Assembly (NCBI GenBank): GCA_016190055.1
Contig: JACPRH010000005.1
Coordinates: 35,233 to 99,232, forward strand
Source: Nitrososphaerota archaeon
GTDB lineage: Archaea; Thermoproteota; Nitrososphaeria; Nitrososphaerales; JACPRH01
DNA length: 64,000 nt
Direction: 5' to 3'
Numbering within the stretch: the stretch's first letter is position 1; each line of letters opens with the position of its first letter. The notes beneath the pieces were generated by a model, which saw nothing but the letters and a program-made list of their open reading frames with translations, did no database searches and had not been told where the DNA came from. A program made the position numbers and the translations under genes. Of this stretch, positions 9,161 to 18,905 are shown piece after piece.

Positions 9161-11128
9161 TTGGAAATATCAGGCATAGAGCTAGAGCACATAACAGCCA
9201 AACTGAACAACACCCTTGCAGGGTATTACGTTAATAATGTTTATCTCATAAACCCCAACGCAGCCCTTATCCGCTTCCACCATAGCGAAAAACCTGATGC
9301 CCAACTTGTCTTGTCAATCAGCAAAGGCATCTGGCTCACCCGGTACGATCTGCCCAGAACAAGCGGCGGCATCGCCTCGAAGATCCGTAAAGAGATTCCG
9401 AGGTCAAAAATCCAGAAGGTAACTCAGCCTAAAGGCGAAAGAATAGCTGTAATCGAGTTCAAAGATGAACCGAACACTCGAAACGTGATACTGGAATTCT
9501 TCGGTGGAGGAAACATCATAGTGACCGACGAAACTCAGGTGATCCAAGCGGTTCTAAGACCTCTGCGGGTCAGACATAGGACGGTGAAGACTGGTGAAAA
9601 ATACCTGCTTCCCCCCGCCCGCGGAACAGACGTCTCCACTCTCGTAAAGGAAGACCTCAAACCTATCATGGAGACAGATTTACTGGTCTCAAGATGGCTC
9701 GGACGAAACCTTTCACTCTCAAAGAAATACATCGAAGAGATACTGGCGCGAGCAGACGTCAACCCTGAAGCACAGGGGCTCAGCCTATCCGACGGCGATG
9801 TTCAGAGACTCTTTGACAGTCTGAAAGAGGTTGTACAGCTGGTCATATCTGGAGACGGTGAGCCCACCGTTGTCTACCGTGAGGGGGTGCCTGTAGACGC
9901 AGCGCCCTTCATGCTTAGAGCCTACAAGGGACTTGAAACCAAGAAGTTCGGAACATTCATGGAGGCTCTGGACGAGGTTTTGACGAATGAGCTTCGCTCC
10001 GAAGCGCAGGGCACAGGCTCCAAGGGGCTTCGAGGTAGAATCGAGGAGCTTCAAAAATCCATTGAGCAGCAGAGTGAGGCTGAGAAGTCCAGCTTGGAGG
10101 CTGCAGAAGCACTGAGAACCTTCGCTAAACAGCTCCAGCAACATGTCTACCAGTCCACGGCGCAGCAGAAGGAGGAACAGGTTGCTGTGCTCCGTGATCT
10201 CGGAGCATCAGAGGTTGCGTCAATGAAGGGTAGGCTGACTATGAAGATCTCAGGAACAAAGATTGAAACTGAAGCCGGCGGCTCCATGATGAAGATAGCT
10301 TCAGAGATATTCGGAGAGGCTAAGCGGCTTGAAGAGAAGATAATCGCTATCCGCGCTGCGCAGCTGAGGCTGGAGTCTGGGCTCAAGGAACTTGAAGATA
10401 GTCTTGAGGAGCAGACGAGCGAGGCGGAGGCTGAGAAACCTGAGATCCGCAGAGAGAAGGCTTGGTATGAGCGTTACCGATGGTTCAAAACATCTGACGG
10501 GCTTCTAGCTATAGGTGGAAGAGACGCTTCATCCAACAGCATCATCATCCGCCGATACATGGAGGAAGACGACATCGTTTTCCACGCGGAGATACATGGC
10601 TCACCCTTCTTCGTCCTGAAAGGCGAGTCGAAGACGGAGAGGAGCATCGCGGAGACAGCGCAGGCCACCGTAGCGTTCAGCAGAGCTTGGGGACAAGGGC
10701 TCGCAGTAGCAGATGCATATTGGATACATCCGCAGCAAGTTAAGAGACAGGCGCCCTCAGGAATGTTCCTAGCGAAAGGAAGCTTCCTGATAGAGGGCAC
10801 GAAGAACTATCTTCGAGATATAAAGACCGAGTGTGCCGTAGGAATCGCGGATGTAGATGGGAATTTGGCGGTTATGGCGGGTCCACCGAGCGCGCTGCAG
10901 CGCAATTCGATCGTCTACGTAACCCTTGTACCTGACAAAGTCAAGGCCAGCGACACAGCGAAGAAGATCAAGGCAGAGCTCATCAGACTCCTAGGTGAAG
11001 ACGCCTCCTCCGCAGCCTACGTGAAGCAGATGTCGTTAGATGACTTTGTGCGGAGCCTTCCGGCAGGCGGAGGCCAAATCGTGTTGAAGGGACGCGGTGA
11101 GCAAAGATATAAGTCTGCGACGTCTTAA
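9161..11128 (+). CDS. NFACT-family protein (Rqc2/NEMF/FbpA homolog, ribosome quality control)
   Basis: N-terminal NFACT-N-like region, central coiled coil, and a DUF814/NFACT-R block (WFKTSDGLLAIGGRDASSNSIIIRRYMEEDDIVFHAEIHGSPFFVLK). Confidence 0.9.
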   Translation: MEISGIELEHITAKLNNTLAGYYVNNVYLINPNAALIRFHHSEKPDAQLVLSISKGIWLTRYDLPRTSGGIASKIRKEIPRSKIQKVTQPKGERIAVIEFKDEPNTRNVILEFFGGGNIIVTDETQVIQAVLRPLRVRHRTVKTGEKYLLPPARGTDVSTLVKEDLKPIMETDLLVSRWLGRNLSLSKKYIEEILARADVNPEAQGLSLSDGDVQRLFDSLKEVVQLVISGDGEPTVVYREGVPVDAAPFMLRAYKGLETKKFGTFMEALDEVLTNELRSEAQGTGSKGLRGRIEELQKSIEQQSEAEKSSLEAAEALRTFAKQLQQHVYQSTAQQKEEQVAVLRDLGASEVASMKGRLTMKISGTKIETEAGGSMMKIASEIFGEAKRLEEKIIAIRAAQLRLESGLKELEDSLEEQTSEAEAEKPEIRREKAWYERYRWFKTSDGLLAIGGRDASSNSIIIRRYMEEDDIVFHAEIHGSPFFVLKGESKTERSIAETAQATVAFSRAWGQGLAVADAYWIHPQQVKRQAPSGMFLAKGSFLIEGTKNYLRDIKTECAVGIADVDGNLAVMAGPPSALQRNSIVYVTLVPDKVKASDTAKKIKAELIRLLGEDASSAAYVKQMSLDDFVRSLPAGGGQIVLKGRGEQRYKSATS

Positions 11129-11154
11129 CCTCTCATGAGGGAGTGAGGAAGAAA

Positions 11155-11748
11155 ATGGCCGAAGTCAATCCCGCTGCACGTGAACGCGTCACGGTGAGAG
11201 AGGTCATGAACAGCCCAGTCATCACCGGAACTGAAGACGAAACCATACAGGCCATCTCAACCAGAATGATCGACTACCAGATCGGCAGCATCATAATCAT
11301 GAAGGGGTCGGAGCCAATAGGCATCGTAACAGACGGAAATATCATAGATCAGGTCGTCGCGAAGAATTTGAAGCCCAGCAGCGTCTTGGCGAAGGACGTA
11401 ATGTCCACCCCACTTCTAACAATCAAAGACGACAGGAATGTATCTGAGGCAGCGAACCTGATGAGGAAAAAGGGAGTCAAAAGACTCGGCGTAATGGACG
11501 ACGGAAGACTCATGGGAATAATATCCATCTCAGACATCATCTCAGTGATGCCTGAGCTCTACGCTATTGCTGCTGAAAAGGCCCGTATGATGGCGAACCA
11601 AGCCACCACAGGACGAACAACAAGTCTAGCAGGCGTCTGCGATAACTGCGGCCAATGGTCAGAGGATCTAGCCCGAACAGACGGACGATACCTATGCTAC
11701 GAATGCCGCACAGAGGTCGTCGCAGAAACCCCGGAAAGAGAAATCTAG
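11155..11748 (+). CDS. CBS-pair domain protein with C-terminal zinc ribbon
   Basis: Two CBS repeats (VREVMNSPVITGTEDETI...; AKDVMSTPLLTIKDDRNV...GVKRLGVMDDGRLMGIISISDI). C-terminal CDNCG...CYEC. ATG at 11155 is preceded by GGAGTGAGG. The track starts at GTG 11143. Confidence 0.8.
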   Translation: MAEVNPAARERVTVREVMNSPVITGTEDETIQAISTRMIDYQIGSIIIMKGSEPIGIVTDGNIIDQVVAKNLKPSSVLAKDVMSTPLLTIKDDRNVSEAANLMRKKGVKRLGVMDDGRLMGIISISDIISVMPELYAIAAEKARMMANQATTGRTTSLAGVCDNCGQWSEDLARTDGRYLCYECRTEVVAETPEREI

Positions 11749-11757
11749 CTAGCTAGC
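11745..11757. repeat. (CTAG)3-C: GCTAGCTAGC palindrome, exact copy 3 of 4
   Basis: ctagctagctagc read directly. The first TAG (11746-11748) is the stop codon of the CBS gene. Confidence 0.9.
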
Positions 11758-11875
11758 CACCGACCGACAGACCTACCTACTGGCCTAACTCGCCGTCGAG
11801 GCGTTAAGAAAGCTTGACGTACCTCCATTCTTATCTATCACCATATTATGCGAATTTGCAGTTGACAGTTAATCG

Positions 11876-12406
11876 ATGAAGAATCGGTTTATCGTTGACG
11901 GGATGCTGGGGAGCTTAGCTAGGAAGCTCAGAATCTTCGGTTATGACACGTTATACAACGCTGATCTGAGCGACAACGAGATTCTCAAGGCCGCGAGCAG
12001 CGAAGGAAGAACAATCCTGACCTCAGATCGGCAGCTCGCAGATAGAGCTTCTAAGAGAAGGATAAACTGCATTCTGCTGAACGAGGAGAACGACGAGGAC
12101 AGACTCGCAACTGTTCTACGCGAAGCCGGTGAAGGAGAGGTTCATCTTAACCCAGAGGAGACAAGATGCTCGGTCTGCAACGGAGAGGTTGAGCTAGTAG
12201 GTCGGGACGAAGTGGCAGGCGCTGTTCCCGAAGGCGTTTTAGCGAAGCAGGAGAAGTTCTATCGATGCAAATCCTGCGGAAAAATTTACTGGATCGGAGG
12301 ACACTGGAAACGCCTCAACGAACTATCTGCAAACCTGAAGAGGAACAACCAAGACAACAAGAAGTCTCCACCTCAACATAACTCACCGCCGGCAACCAGT
12401 CGATAA
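11876..12406 (+). CDS. Mut7-C (DUF82) PIN-like RNase domain protein with zinc ribbon
   Basis: N-terminus FIVDGMLGSLARKLRIFGYDT is the family hallmark. Zinc ribbon: CSVCNG...CKSCGKIYW. Confidence 0.8.
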   Translation: MKNRFIVDGMLGSLARKLRIFGYDTLYNADLSDNEILKAASSEGRTILTSDRQLADRASKRRINCILLNEENDEDRLATVLREAGEGEVHLNPEETRCSVCNGEVELVGRDEVAGAVPEGVLAKQEKFYRCKSCGKIYWIGGHWKRLNELSANLKRNNQDNKKSPPQHNSPPATSR

Positions 12407-12489
12407 TCGAATATCAGCCGCCGGCAGAAGATAACTGGTCTACGGTGGTTTCAACAAATTTAAGTTAAACCCGAAAGTCAGAATACGGG

Positions 12490-13131
12490 ATGAGCGACGA
12501 GGCGCCTGCTGTCGAAATCACTGATGAAGAGGGGGCTATGCTTGTACGCCTCGCACGAGAAGCTATTGAGAAGCATCTCAACGAGAAGCGAACCATCAAA
12601 ACTCCAGCGGGACTAGATGAGAAGTTCTACAGGAAGATGGGTGTCTTTGTCACCCTGAACACTCACAACCACCTCGGAGTTGGAGGCGAACTGCGAGGAT
12701 GCATAGGTCAACCACTCCCTGAGAGACCCCTGTTAGAGGCGCTCATTGACTCCGCTATCAGCTCAGCAGTACACGACCCTAGGTTTGAAAAGGTCAAGCC
12801 TAAGGAGCTTGACAACCTCGTCGTAGAGATAAGCGTGCTCACACCACCCCAGCTGATTACGGTGAAATCCCCGAATGAGTACTGCAACCACATCCACATA
12901 GGCGAGGATGGGCTGATCATTCGCTGGAGCTTCGGAGCGGGGCTGCTTCTACCTCAGGTTGCAGTTGAGTACGACTGGAGCACCGAGGATTTTCTCTGCC
13001 ACTGCTGCATGAAGGCTGGGGCCACACCGGATCACTGGCTCACCCAAGATGCGCAGATCTATAAGTTCCAAGCTCTCGTATTCGACGAGACTGAGCCGCA
13101 CGGTCAAGTTGTGCGGCGGACACTTGAGTAG
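12490..13131 (+). CDS. AMMECR1 domain protein
   Basis: GVFVTL...LRGCIG...DPRF signature blocks. Confidence 0.9.
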   Translation: MSDEAPAVEITDEEGAMLVRLAREAIEKHLNEKRTIKTPAGLDEKFYRKMGVFVTLNTHNHLGVGGELRGCIGQPLPERPLLEALIDSAISSAVHDPRFEKVKPKELDNLVVEISVLTPPQLITVKSPNEYCNHIHIGEDGLIIRWSFGAGLLLPQVAVEYDWSTEDFLCHCCMKAGATPDHWLTQDAQIYKFQALVFDETEPHGQVVRRTLE

Positions 13132-13144
13132 GGTTTACTAGATC

Positions 13145-14317
13145 TTGTCCCGGCGGGTCCACATCGCAGTATTCGGCTCAGGACTGGGCCATGCCGCGAG
13201 AATGAGCCCCGTTGCGCACCTCCTGAAGAAGGAGGAGGGGGTGACAGTTAGATTCTCATCTTTCTCTCATGCTGTCGACTATCTGAGGAAGCAGGGCTTC
13301 GACTGCGATCAAGTAGCACCAGTAGACATTGAGTGGAGGAATGAAGGAGTATCGGTTCGAGACACCTTCAACAAGTCTCCGATGCTAATTACGAACCTGT
13401 TTCGACAGATCGAGAAGGAGAGACAGATTATCAGGTGGTTTCAACCTAACCTAGTTCTCTCTGATACACGGCTCTCAGCAGTAATCGCCGCAGCCCTTGA
13501 AGGAGTCCCCTCGATCACGGTGGCTAACCAGCTCCGCATACATCTACCACCACGTTACCACACGGCACGCCTAAAGTCAATAGAGGGGTTCAGCGCCGAG
13601 ATGCTGGGCCTCTTCTGGTCGCGAAGCCGCCTAACCCTGATCCCGGATATCCCATTACCCTATGCCATCTGCGAGGAGAACACCAGCCCTATTCGAATAC
13701 TCAAAAAGCAGCTAAGATACGTCGGCTTCATGACGTCAACCGCCAAGCCCGCTCTAGGCAAGCTCCGCAAAGTCTCAGACATGCTCAACCTAAGTGACAA
13801 TGGTAAACCGGTCGTGTTCGCCAACATCAGCGGACCTCCTGAGACAAAGAGAGACGTTCTGGACGCAGCAGTCAAAGCGGCTAACCTGCTGAAGGATCGC
13901 TTCACAATCATTGTCTCGCGGGGCGATGTGGGCGGAGGAGAGGAGCCGAGGAGGATAAGCGGCGGGTGGCTCTACGAATGGTGCCCCGTTAAGGATGAGC
14001 TCTTCTCACTAGCTGATCTGGTAATTGTCCGCGGAGGTCACTCAACCATCGGTCAGGCTATCATATCCAGTAAGCCGATGGTTTCAGTGCCAATCCGCAA
14101 CCACAGCGAACAGTACGTTAACGCCTCTAAAGTAGACAAGCTAGGCTTGGGTCGAATGATTCCTACGCCCGATCTATCCGCTAGAAGACTCGCTGAAGCA
14201 GTTGAAGAGGTGGGCAGCAACCCGGCCTACAAGGAAAGGATAGAGAAGGTAGGCGCAGTTGCACGCAGAATGGACGGAATCAGGAAAACCGTCGAGATAG
14301 TGAACTCGCTACTTTGA
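13145..14317 (+). CDS. Glycosyltransferase (GT1/GT28 MurG/UDP-glycosyltransferase-like)
   Basis: N-terminal GSGLGHAAR glycine loop. The C-terminal donor-binding block (VRGGHSTIGQAIISSKPMVSVPIRNHSEQYVNA) is typical of GT-B enzymes. TTG start. Confidence 0.7.
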   Translation: MSRRVHIAVFGSGLGHAARMSPVAHLLKKEEGVTVRFSSFSHAVDYLRKQGFDCDQVAPVDIEWRNEGVSVRDTFNKSPMLITNLFRQIEKERQIIRWFQPNLVLSDTRLSAVIAAALEGVPSITVANQLRIHLPPRYHTARLKSIEGFSAEMLGLFWSRSRLTLIPDIPLPYAICEENTSPIRILKKQLRYVGFMTSTAKPALGKLRKVSDMLNLSDNGKPVVFANISGPPETKRDVLDAAVKAANLLKDRFTIIVSRGDVGGGEEPRRISGGWLYEWCPVKDELFSLADLVIVRGGHSTIGQAIISSKPMVSVPIRNHSEQYVNASKVDKLGLGRMIPTPDLSARRLAEAVEEVGSNPAYKERIEKVGAVARRMDGIRKTVEIVNSLL

Positions 14318-15778
14318 GCCTTTCGCGGCCGCTAGCCGCTCCCGAACCAGCCTGTTAGCCACAGCCGGATCAACACGACCCTTCGTAGCCCGCATAATCT
14401 GGCCTAGGAGGAAGTTAACCGCCTTCGGATCCTTCAGAGCGTCTTGAACGGCCTGAGGATTTTCGCTGAATATCTTATCGATGAGGCTCTCGACGAAGCC
14501 GGTGTCAGATATCACCTTAAGCCCCTTCTCTTCAGATATGGAACGGGGCATCCTGCCGGTCTTCAGCATTTCAACGAACGCTGTTTTAGCTGCGCCCCTG
14601 CTCACCTCGCCGCTGGACACCATGTTCGCCATCTCCGCGAAATGCTTCGGAGTCAGCTTAAGCTCCTCCAAACTCTTCCCGTACTCGTTGAGATAGGCTT
14701 GGAGATCCACAGCCAACCAGCTTCCAAGCTGTCTAGCATCCTTGCTGTGCTTAGCGGCCTCCTCGAAAAAGTCCGCCAGAGCCTTCTCCCGAACCAGTAT
14801 CTGCGCAGTCTCGCCTGAGAGATGATAATCCTTCTGGAACCGTTTCGCCCGCTCCTCAGGCATCTCAGGCATCCCCTTCTTCACATCCTGAACGAACTGC
14901 TTCGTAAGGGTGACAGGCACAAGATCAGCCTCAGGGAAGTACCTGTAATCCTGCTCCTCCTCCTTCAGCCTCAGCGAAATCGTGATTCTCCGAATCTCAT
15001 CCCAGTGCCGGGTCTCCTGCATCACCTTGATACCCTTAGAGGTTAGGCTTCGCTGCCTAGTGATCTCGAAGTTTAACGCCCGCTCCACCTCCTTGAAGGA
15101 GGAGATGTTCTTCACCTCAACCCGTCGCCCACCGGCCATCGAAATGTTAGCGTCACAGCGAACCGAGCCCTCCAGATTAAGATCTGAGACACTTAGATGC
15201 TCCAGTATCGAGGAGAGCTTGTTCAGAAACTCTCGGGCTTCACGGGGACTCTCAAAATCAGGATCCGTAACAATCTCAACCAGAGTTATACCGGCACGGT
15301 TGTAGTCAACAAAGGTCTGAGTCGACGACTCAATAGTCCCGTCGTAGCTGAGCTTCGCCGGATCCTCCTCAAGCTGCATCCTACCGATCCTGATCCTCTT
15401 TCCGCTGTCAAGAGTGATGTGACCGTCTGTTGCAAAGGGGACACCGCCAGCCCGATCGTACTGCGTTATCTGGAAGTTCTTCGCCATATCAGGGTAGAAG
15501 TAGTTCTTCCGGAAGAACAGCATCCTCTCAGGGATCTTGAAGTTGAGGGCAAGAGCAATCATTGCAGCATGAGTAACGGCCTTCCGGTTCAGAACCGGCA
15601 GCGACCCTGGAGTACCGATGCAGACTGGGCAGATGTTGGTGTTCGGAGGCTTACCGCGGTAATCTGATGGACTGCTGCAGAACAGCTTTGTAGCAAGGCT
15701 GGTGAGCTGACAGTGCACCTCCAACCCGATCTTAACACCCTCAGTGTCTTGCTCATGCATGGGTGAATTCACCGGCAC
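14309..15778 (-). CDS. gatB: Asp/Glu-tRNA amidotransferase subunit B
   Basis: IGLEVHCQL...KLFC...PNTNICPVCIGTPGSLPVLN N-terminal signature, plus a C-terminal YqeY-like tail. Confidence 0.95.
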   Translation of the reverse strand: MPVNSPMHEQDTEGVKIGLEVHCQLTSLATKLFCSSPSDYRGKPPNTNICPVCIGTPGSLPVLNRKAVTHAAMIALALNFKIPERMLFFRKNYFYPDMAKNFQITQYDRAGGVPFATDGHITLDSGKRIRIGRMQLEEDPAKLSYDGTIESSTQTFVDYNRAGITLVEIVTDPDFESPREAREFLNKLSSILEHLSVSDLNLEGSVRCDANISMAGGRRVEVKNISSFKEVERALNFEITRQRSLTSKGIKVMQETRHWDEIRRITISLRLKEEEQDYRYFPEADLVPVTLTKQFVQDVKKGMPEMPEERAKRFQKDYHLSGETAQILVREKALADFFEEAAKHSKDARQLGSWLAVDLQAYLNEYGKSLEELKLTPKHFAEMANMVSSGEVSRGAAKTAFVEMLKTGRMPRSISEEKGLKVISDTGFVESLIDKIFSENPQAVQDALKDPKAVNFLLGQIMRATKGRVDPAVANRLVRERLAAAKGSK

Positions 15779-17231
15779 TCCTATCTACAGGCAGAAGATC
15801 CTCAACTAAACGGCCAGCTTGGAAAAGCAGGTCTTCACGGAACGGAGGAGCCATAAGCTGCATCCCAACAGGCAGCCCCTCGCTCACACCGCAGGGAACT
15901 GACAGCGACGGAATCCCAGTGAGATTCGCTGGAACAGTCTCAATATCACACATGTAGAGCTGCAGCGGATCCTCCATCTTCTCACCGAGCCCAAAAGGAA
16001 GAATAGGCATCGAAGGAGCCAGCAGAAGATCGAACCGTTTGAAGGCGCCGTCAAACTCTCTTCTGAGCAGAGTCCTGATCTTCTGAGCCTTCAGATAGTA
16101 CTGGTCAAAGTAGCCGGCGGACAACGCGTAGGTTCCGAGCATGATGCGCCGCCGCACCTCAGCCCCGAAGCCCACTCCCCGATCCTTCGAGAAAACAGTT
16201 CCCCAGTCAAGCGTTCTATCCGGCACCCTGTAACCGTATCTGATCCCATCGTAGCGGGCGAGGTTTGACGAAGCCTCAGACATCGCGATAATATAGTAAG
16301 CAGGAAGCGCGTACTTCAGCATCGGCAGCGAAATCTCTTCAAAACTCAGCTTCACCCCAGCCTTCTCCAGCCTGCTGATCGCGTCTCGAACAGTTTTAGA
16401 AACACCCTCCTGAACACCCTCCTCGAAGAACTCCCGAGGAACACCTATCGTGAGTTTAGGCAGAGACCGCTTCAAGACTAAGTCGGCTGGAAACTTGTCG
16501 CTTGAAGTTGAGTCCCGCGCATCATAACCTGCGATTACACTAGTCAGCAGCGCGCAGCTCCGCACATCTCGGGCGAAAGGCCCGATCTGCTCCAGACTAT
16601 TAGCGTATGAGACCAGTCCGTATCGGCTTACCGCACCGTAGGTCGGTTTCAACCCCACTATGCAGCAGAAGCTAGCCGGGGAACGCACAGAGCCCCCTGT
16701 GTCGGAGCCGAGCGCGAAGGCCGCTTCCAATGCTGAGACTGCGGCTGCGCTGCCTCCTGATGAGCCTCCTGGGACCTTAGATGTGTCCCAAGGGTTCTTC
16801 GTGGGGCCGAAGTAGCTATATTCGGTTGAGGTTCCCATAGCGAACTCATCCAAGTTCGTTTTCCCGATGATGACGCCGTCCTCTCCAAGGATGCGTTCAA
16901 CCACTGTAGCATCGTAGGGGGTGACGAAGTTTTCCAGCATCTTTGAGGCGCAGGTGGTTGTGAAGCCGCGGACACAGATGTTGTCTTTAATCGCTACAGG
17001 AAGCCCGGCCAGCCGCCCCAAGTCTCCACCGCGCCGGATCTTCTTGTCAATCGCCTGAGCCTGAGTGAGAGCAGGCTCCTCGATCAACGTGATGTAGGCG
17101 TGAACATCAGGTTCAACTTCACGAATTCGCTTAAGCGTAGCGGCCACATACTCTTCAGACGTGATCTCTTGCCCTCGGATTTTGTCCGCCGCTTCCCAAA
17201 CGGGTAGCTCAAGGATTCGTTGTTTCGCCAT
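15753..17231 (-). CDS. gatA: Asp/Glu-tRNA amidotransferase subunit A (amidase)
   Basis: Amidase signature GGSSGGSAAAVS and KDNICVRGFTTTCASKML. Overlaps gatB by 26 nt. Confidence 0.95.
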   Translation of the reverse strand: MAKQRILELPVWEAADKIRGQEITSEEYVAATLKRIREVEPDVHAYITLIEEPALTQAQAIDKKIRRGGDLGRLAGLPVAIKDNICVRGFTTTCASKMLENFVTPYDATVVERILGEDGVIIGKTNLDEFAMGTSTEYSYFGPTKNPWDTSKVPGGSSGGSAAAVSALEAAFALGSDTGGSVRSPASFCCIVGLKPTYGAVSRYGLVSYANSLEQIGPFARDVRSCALLTSVIAGYDARDSTSSDKFPADLVLKRSLPKLTIGVPREFFEEGVQEGVSKTVRDAISRLEKAGVKLSFEEISLPMLKYALPAYYIIAMSEASSNLARYDGIRYGYRVPDRTLDWGTVFSKDRGVGFGAEVRRRIMLGTYALSAGYFDQYYLKAQKIRTLLRREFDGAFKRFDLLLAPSMPILPFGLGEKMEDPLQLYMCDIETVPANLTGIPSLSVPCGVSEGLPVGMQLMAPPFREDLLFQAGRLVEDLLPVDRSAGEFTHA

Positions 17232-17233
17232 CG

Positions 17234-17539
17234 CTAAATCATCTTCGGAGCCTTGATGAAGCGATCCTTCTTCTGCGGAGCGTCTTCCAGCAGCATATCA
17301 GGCTGCTGCGGTGTAGGTGTATCATCTCTGAGAACGTTTACTATATCCTGCACATGGTAGGTTGGTGAAACGTTTTCTGTGTCAACCTCATCGATCAACC
17401 GGAAGTAGCCGAGGATCTCGTTCAGCTCTCCGCGGAGCTTCGTAAACTCTTTTTTGGAGAGCTCAAGCTTAGCGAGCTCGGCGAGGTGCTCAACCTCCTT
17501 CTCCGAGATGAACTGTTCCTGCCGCTGCTTCTTCGTCAA
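17234..17539 (-). CDS. gatC: Asp/Glu-tRNA amidotransferase subunit C
   Basis: ~100 aa ORF ending 2 nt upstream of the gatA start, with a GatC-like helical pattern (VEHLAELAKLELSKKEFTKLRGELNEILGYF). Confidence 0.85.
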   Translation of the reverse strand: MTKKQRQEQFISEKEVEHLAELAKLELSKKEFTKLRGELNEILGYFRLIDEVDTENVSPTYHVQDIVNVLRDDTPTPQQPDMLLEDAPQKKDRFIKAPKMI

Positions 17540-17582
17540 TTTAACTCTCCAAGCATTATCGTAGCCATTATCATTATTATTG

Positions 17583-18905
17583 TTACGGTGATAGTCGTAG
17601 TCGGTCGCGTGGGAAGAGAGTGACTTCTCTAATGTTCTCTTCCTTGGTGATTATCATCATGAGTCTGTCAAGCCCCATTCCGAAGCCTGCGTGAGGCGGC
17701 ATACCGTAGTCGAACAGCTTCAGGTGGTACTCGAATGTCCGAGGCTTCAACCCCTGCTCCTTAAGCCGCTTTGTCAGAAGCTTCTTGGAGCTAAGTCTGG
17801 TTCCGCCTGACGATATCTCAAGAGAGCCTTTCATCAGATCAAAGGATTCGCTGATCTCCGGCTTATCTGTTCTCGGCTTGATATAGAAGGGCTTAGCATC
17901 GGTAGGCCAGTCGGTTATGAAGTAGAAGCTTGGGTATATTTCGCTGATCTTCTTGGTCGCCGCGGTGGATATGTCCTCGCCCCAAGCGGTTCTGTCACCC
18001 GCGTCGTGCAGTATGTCGATGACCTCGGTGTAGGTTAATCGTTTGAACGGTAGCTTCGGGATCTCAACCTCGACTCCAAGCTCCTTCAACTCGCTCTTGC
18101 ACTTCTCAGCGACCGTCTTCATGGTGTGGTGCACAAGCTTCTCAAGAGTCTCCATCACATCGGTGTAGGAAACATAGGCTTCCTCAACGTCGATAGAGAT
18201 GATCTCCGCCAGATGCCTCAGGGTTCGTGAAGGCTCAGCTCGGAAGACCGGTCCAATCTCGAAGACCTTCTCAAAGCTCATTGTAAGCTGCTCCTTGTAA
18301 AGCTGCGGGCTTTGAACCAGAAACGCCTCTTTGTCATAGTAGAGGACAGGGAAAAGCGAAGCGCCGCCTTCAGTGGCTGACGCAATAATCTTCGAGGTTT
18401 GAACCTCCAAGTGACCTGTGCTGCTCAGAAAATCTCTGATCGCTGCGAGCGCCGTGTGCCTGATCCTAAAGATGGCCTGAGCCTTAGGTCTGCGAAGCTC
18501 AAGCGAGCGGATGTCAAGCCTCTTATCGATGTTCGGAAGCTCTCCTCCGAAGAGGCTGAACGGCGGGGTTTTAGTGGCTACATTCAGTACACGCATTTCT
18601 TCAGGGCTTACTTCAGCACCGTTAGGCGCCTTATCAATCGCCTTCACTTTACCTTTAACCGCAACCACTGAGTGCGGCGTGAGCGTTTCAACCCGTTTAA
18701 GCACAGATTCAGGTGTCTTTCCGGTTTTAACGGTAACTTGGACGACACCCTCACTATCCTGCAGGATGAGAAAGATGATGCCCCCCTGCCGCCGGATGCT
18801 TGAGACCCAACCCATCACGGTGACCTGCTGACCTTCAAGCTTAGGGCTAAGGTTCACTGATCTATGGGTACGCCGCCAATCACCTAGCTCATCTATCTTG
18901 ACCAT
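17583..18905 (-). CDS. aspS: Aspartyl-tRNA synthetase, archaeal type (probably non-discriminating)
   Basis: OB-fold N-terminus (VTVMGWVSSIRRQGGIIFLILQDSEG). Class II motifs FRAEPS and GFGMGLDRL. Sits directly upstream of gatCAB. Confidence 0.95.
   Translation of the reverse strand: MVKIDELGDWRRTHRSVNLSPKLEGQQVTVMGWVSSIRRQGGIIFLILQDSEGVVQVTVKTGKTPESVLKRVETLTPHSVVAVKGKVKAIDKAPNGAEVSPEEMRVLNVATKTPPFSLFGGELPNIDKRLDIRSLELRRPKAQAIFRIRHTALAAIRDFLSSTGHLEVQTSKIIASATEGGASLFPVLYYDKEAFLVQSPQLYKEQLTMSFEKVFEIGPVFRAEPSRTLRHLAEIISIDVEEAYVSYTDVMETLEKLVHHTMKTVAEKCKSELKELGVEVEIPKLPFKRLTYTEVIDILHDAGDRTAWGEDISTAATKKISEIYPSFYFITDWPTDAKPFYIKPRTDKPEISESFDLMKGSLEISSGGTRLSSKKLLTKRLKEQGLKPRTFEYHLKLFDYGMPPHAGFGMGLDRLMMIITKEENIREVTLFPRDRLRLSP

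Noticed and set aside
11745-11757. TAG-rich trailers as a hint of TAG (amber) reassignment or pyrrolysine decoding
   Set aside because: TAG terminates ORFs at positions matching full-length homolog ends (e.g. the CBS protein at 11746 and the PQQ-like protein at 37603). No in-frame TAG interrupts any recognisable gene, and no pyl genes are present.
14444-15667. Several 70-156-aa plus-strand ORFs within gatB
   Set aside because: All are antisense to the confidently identified gatB. They are shadow ORFs.
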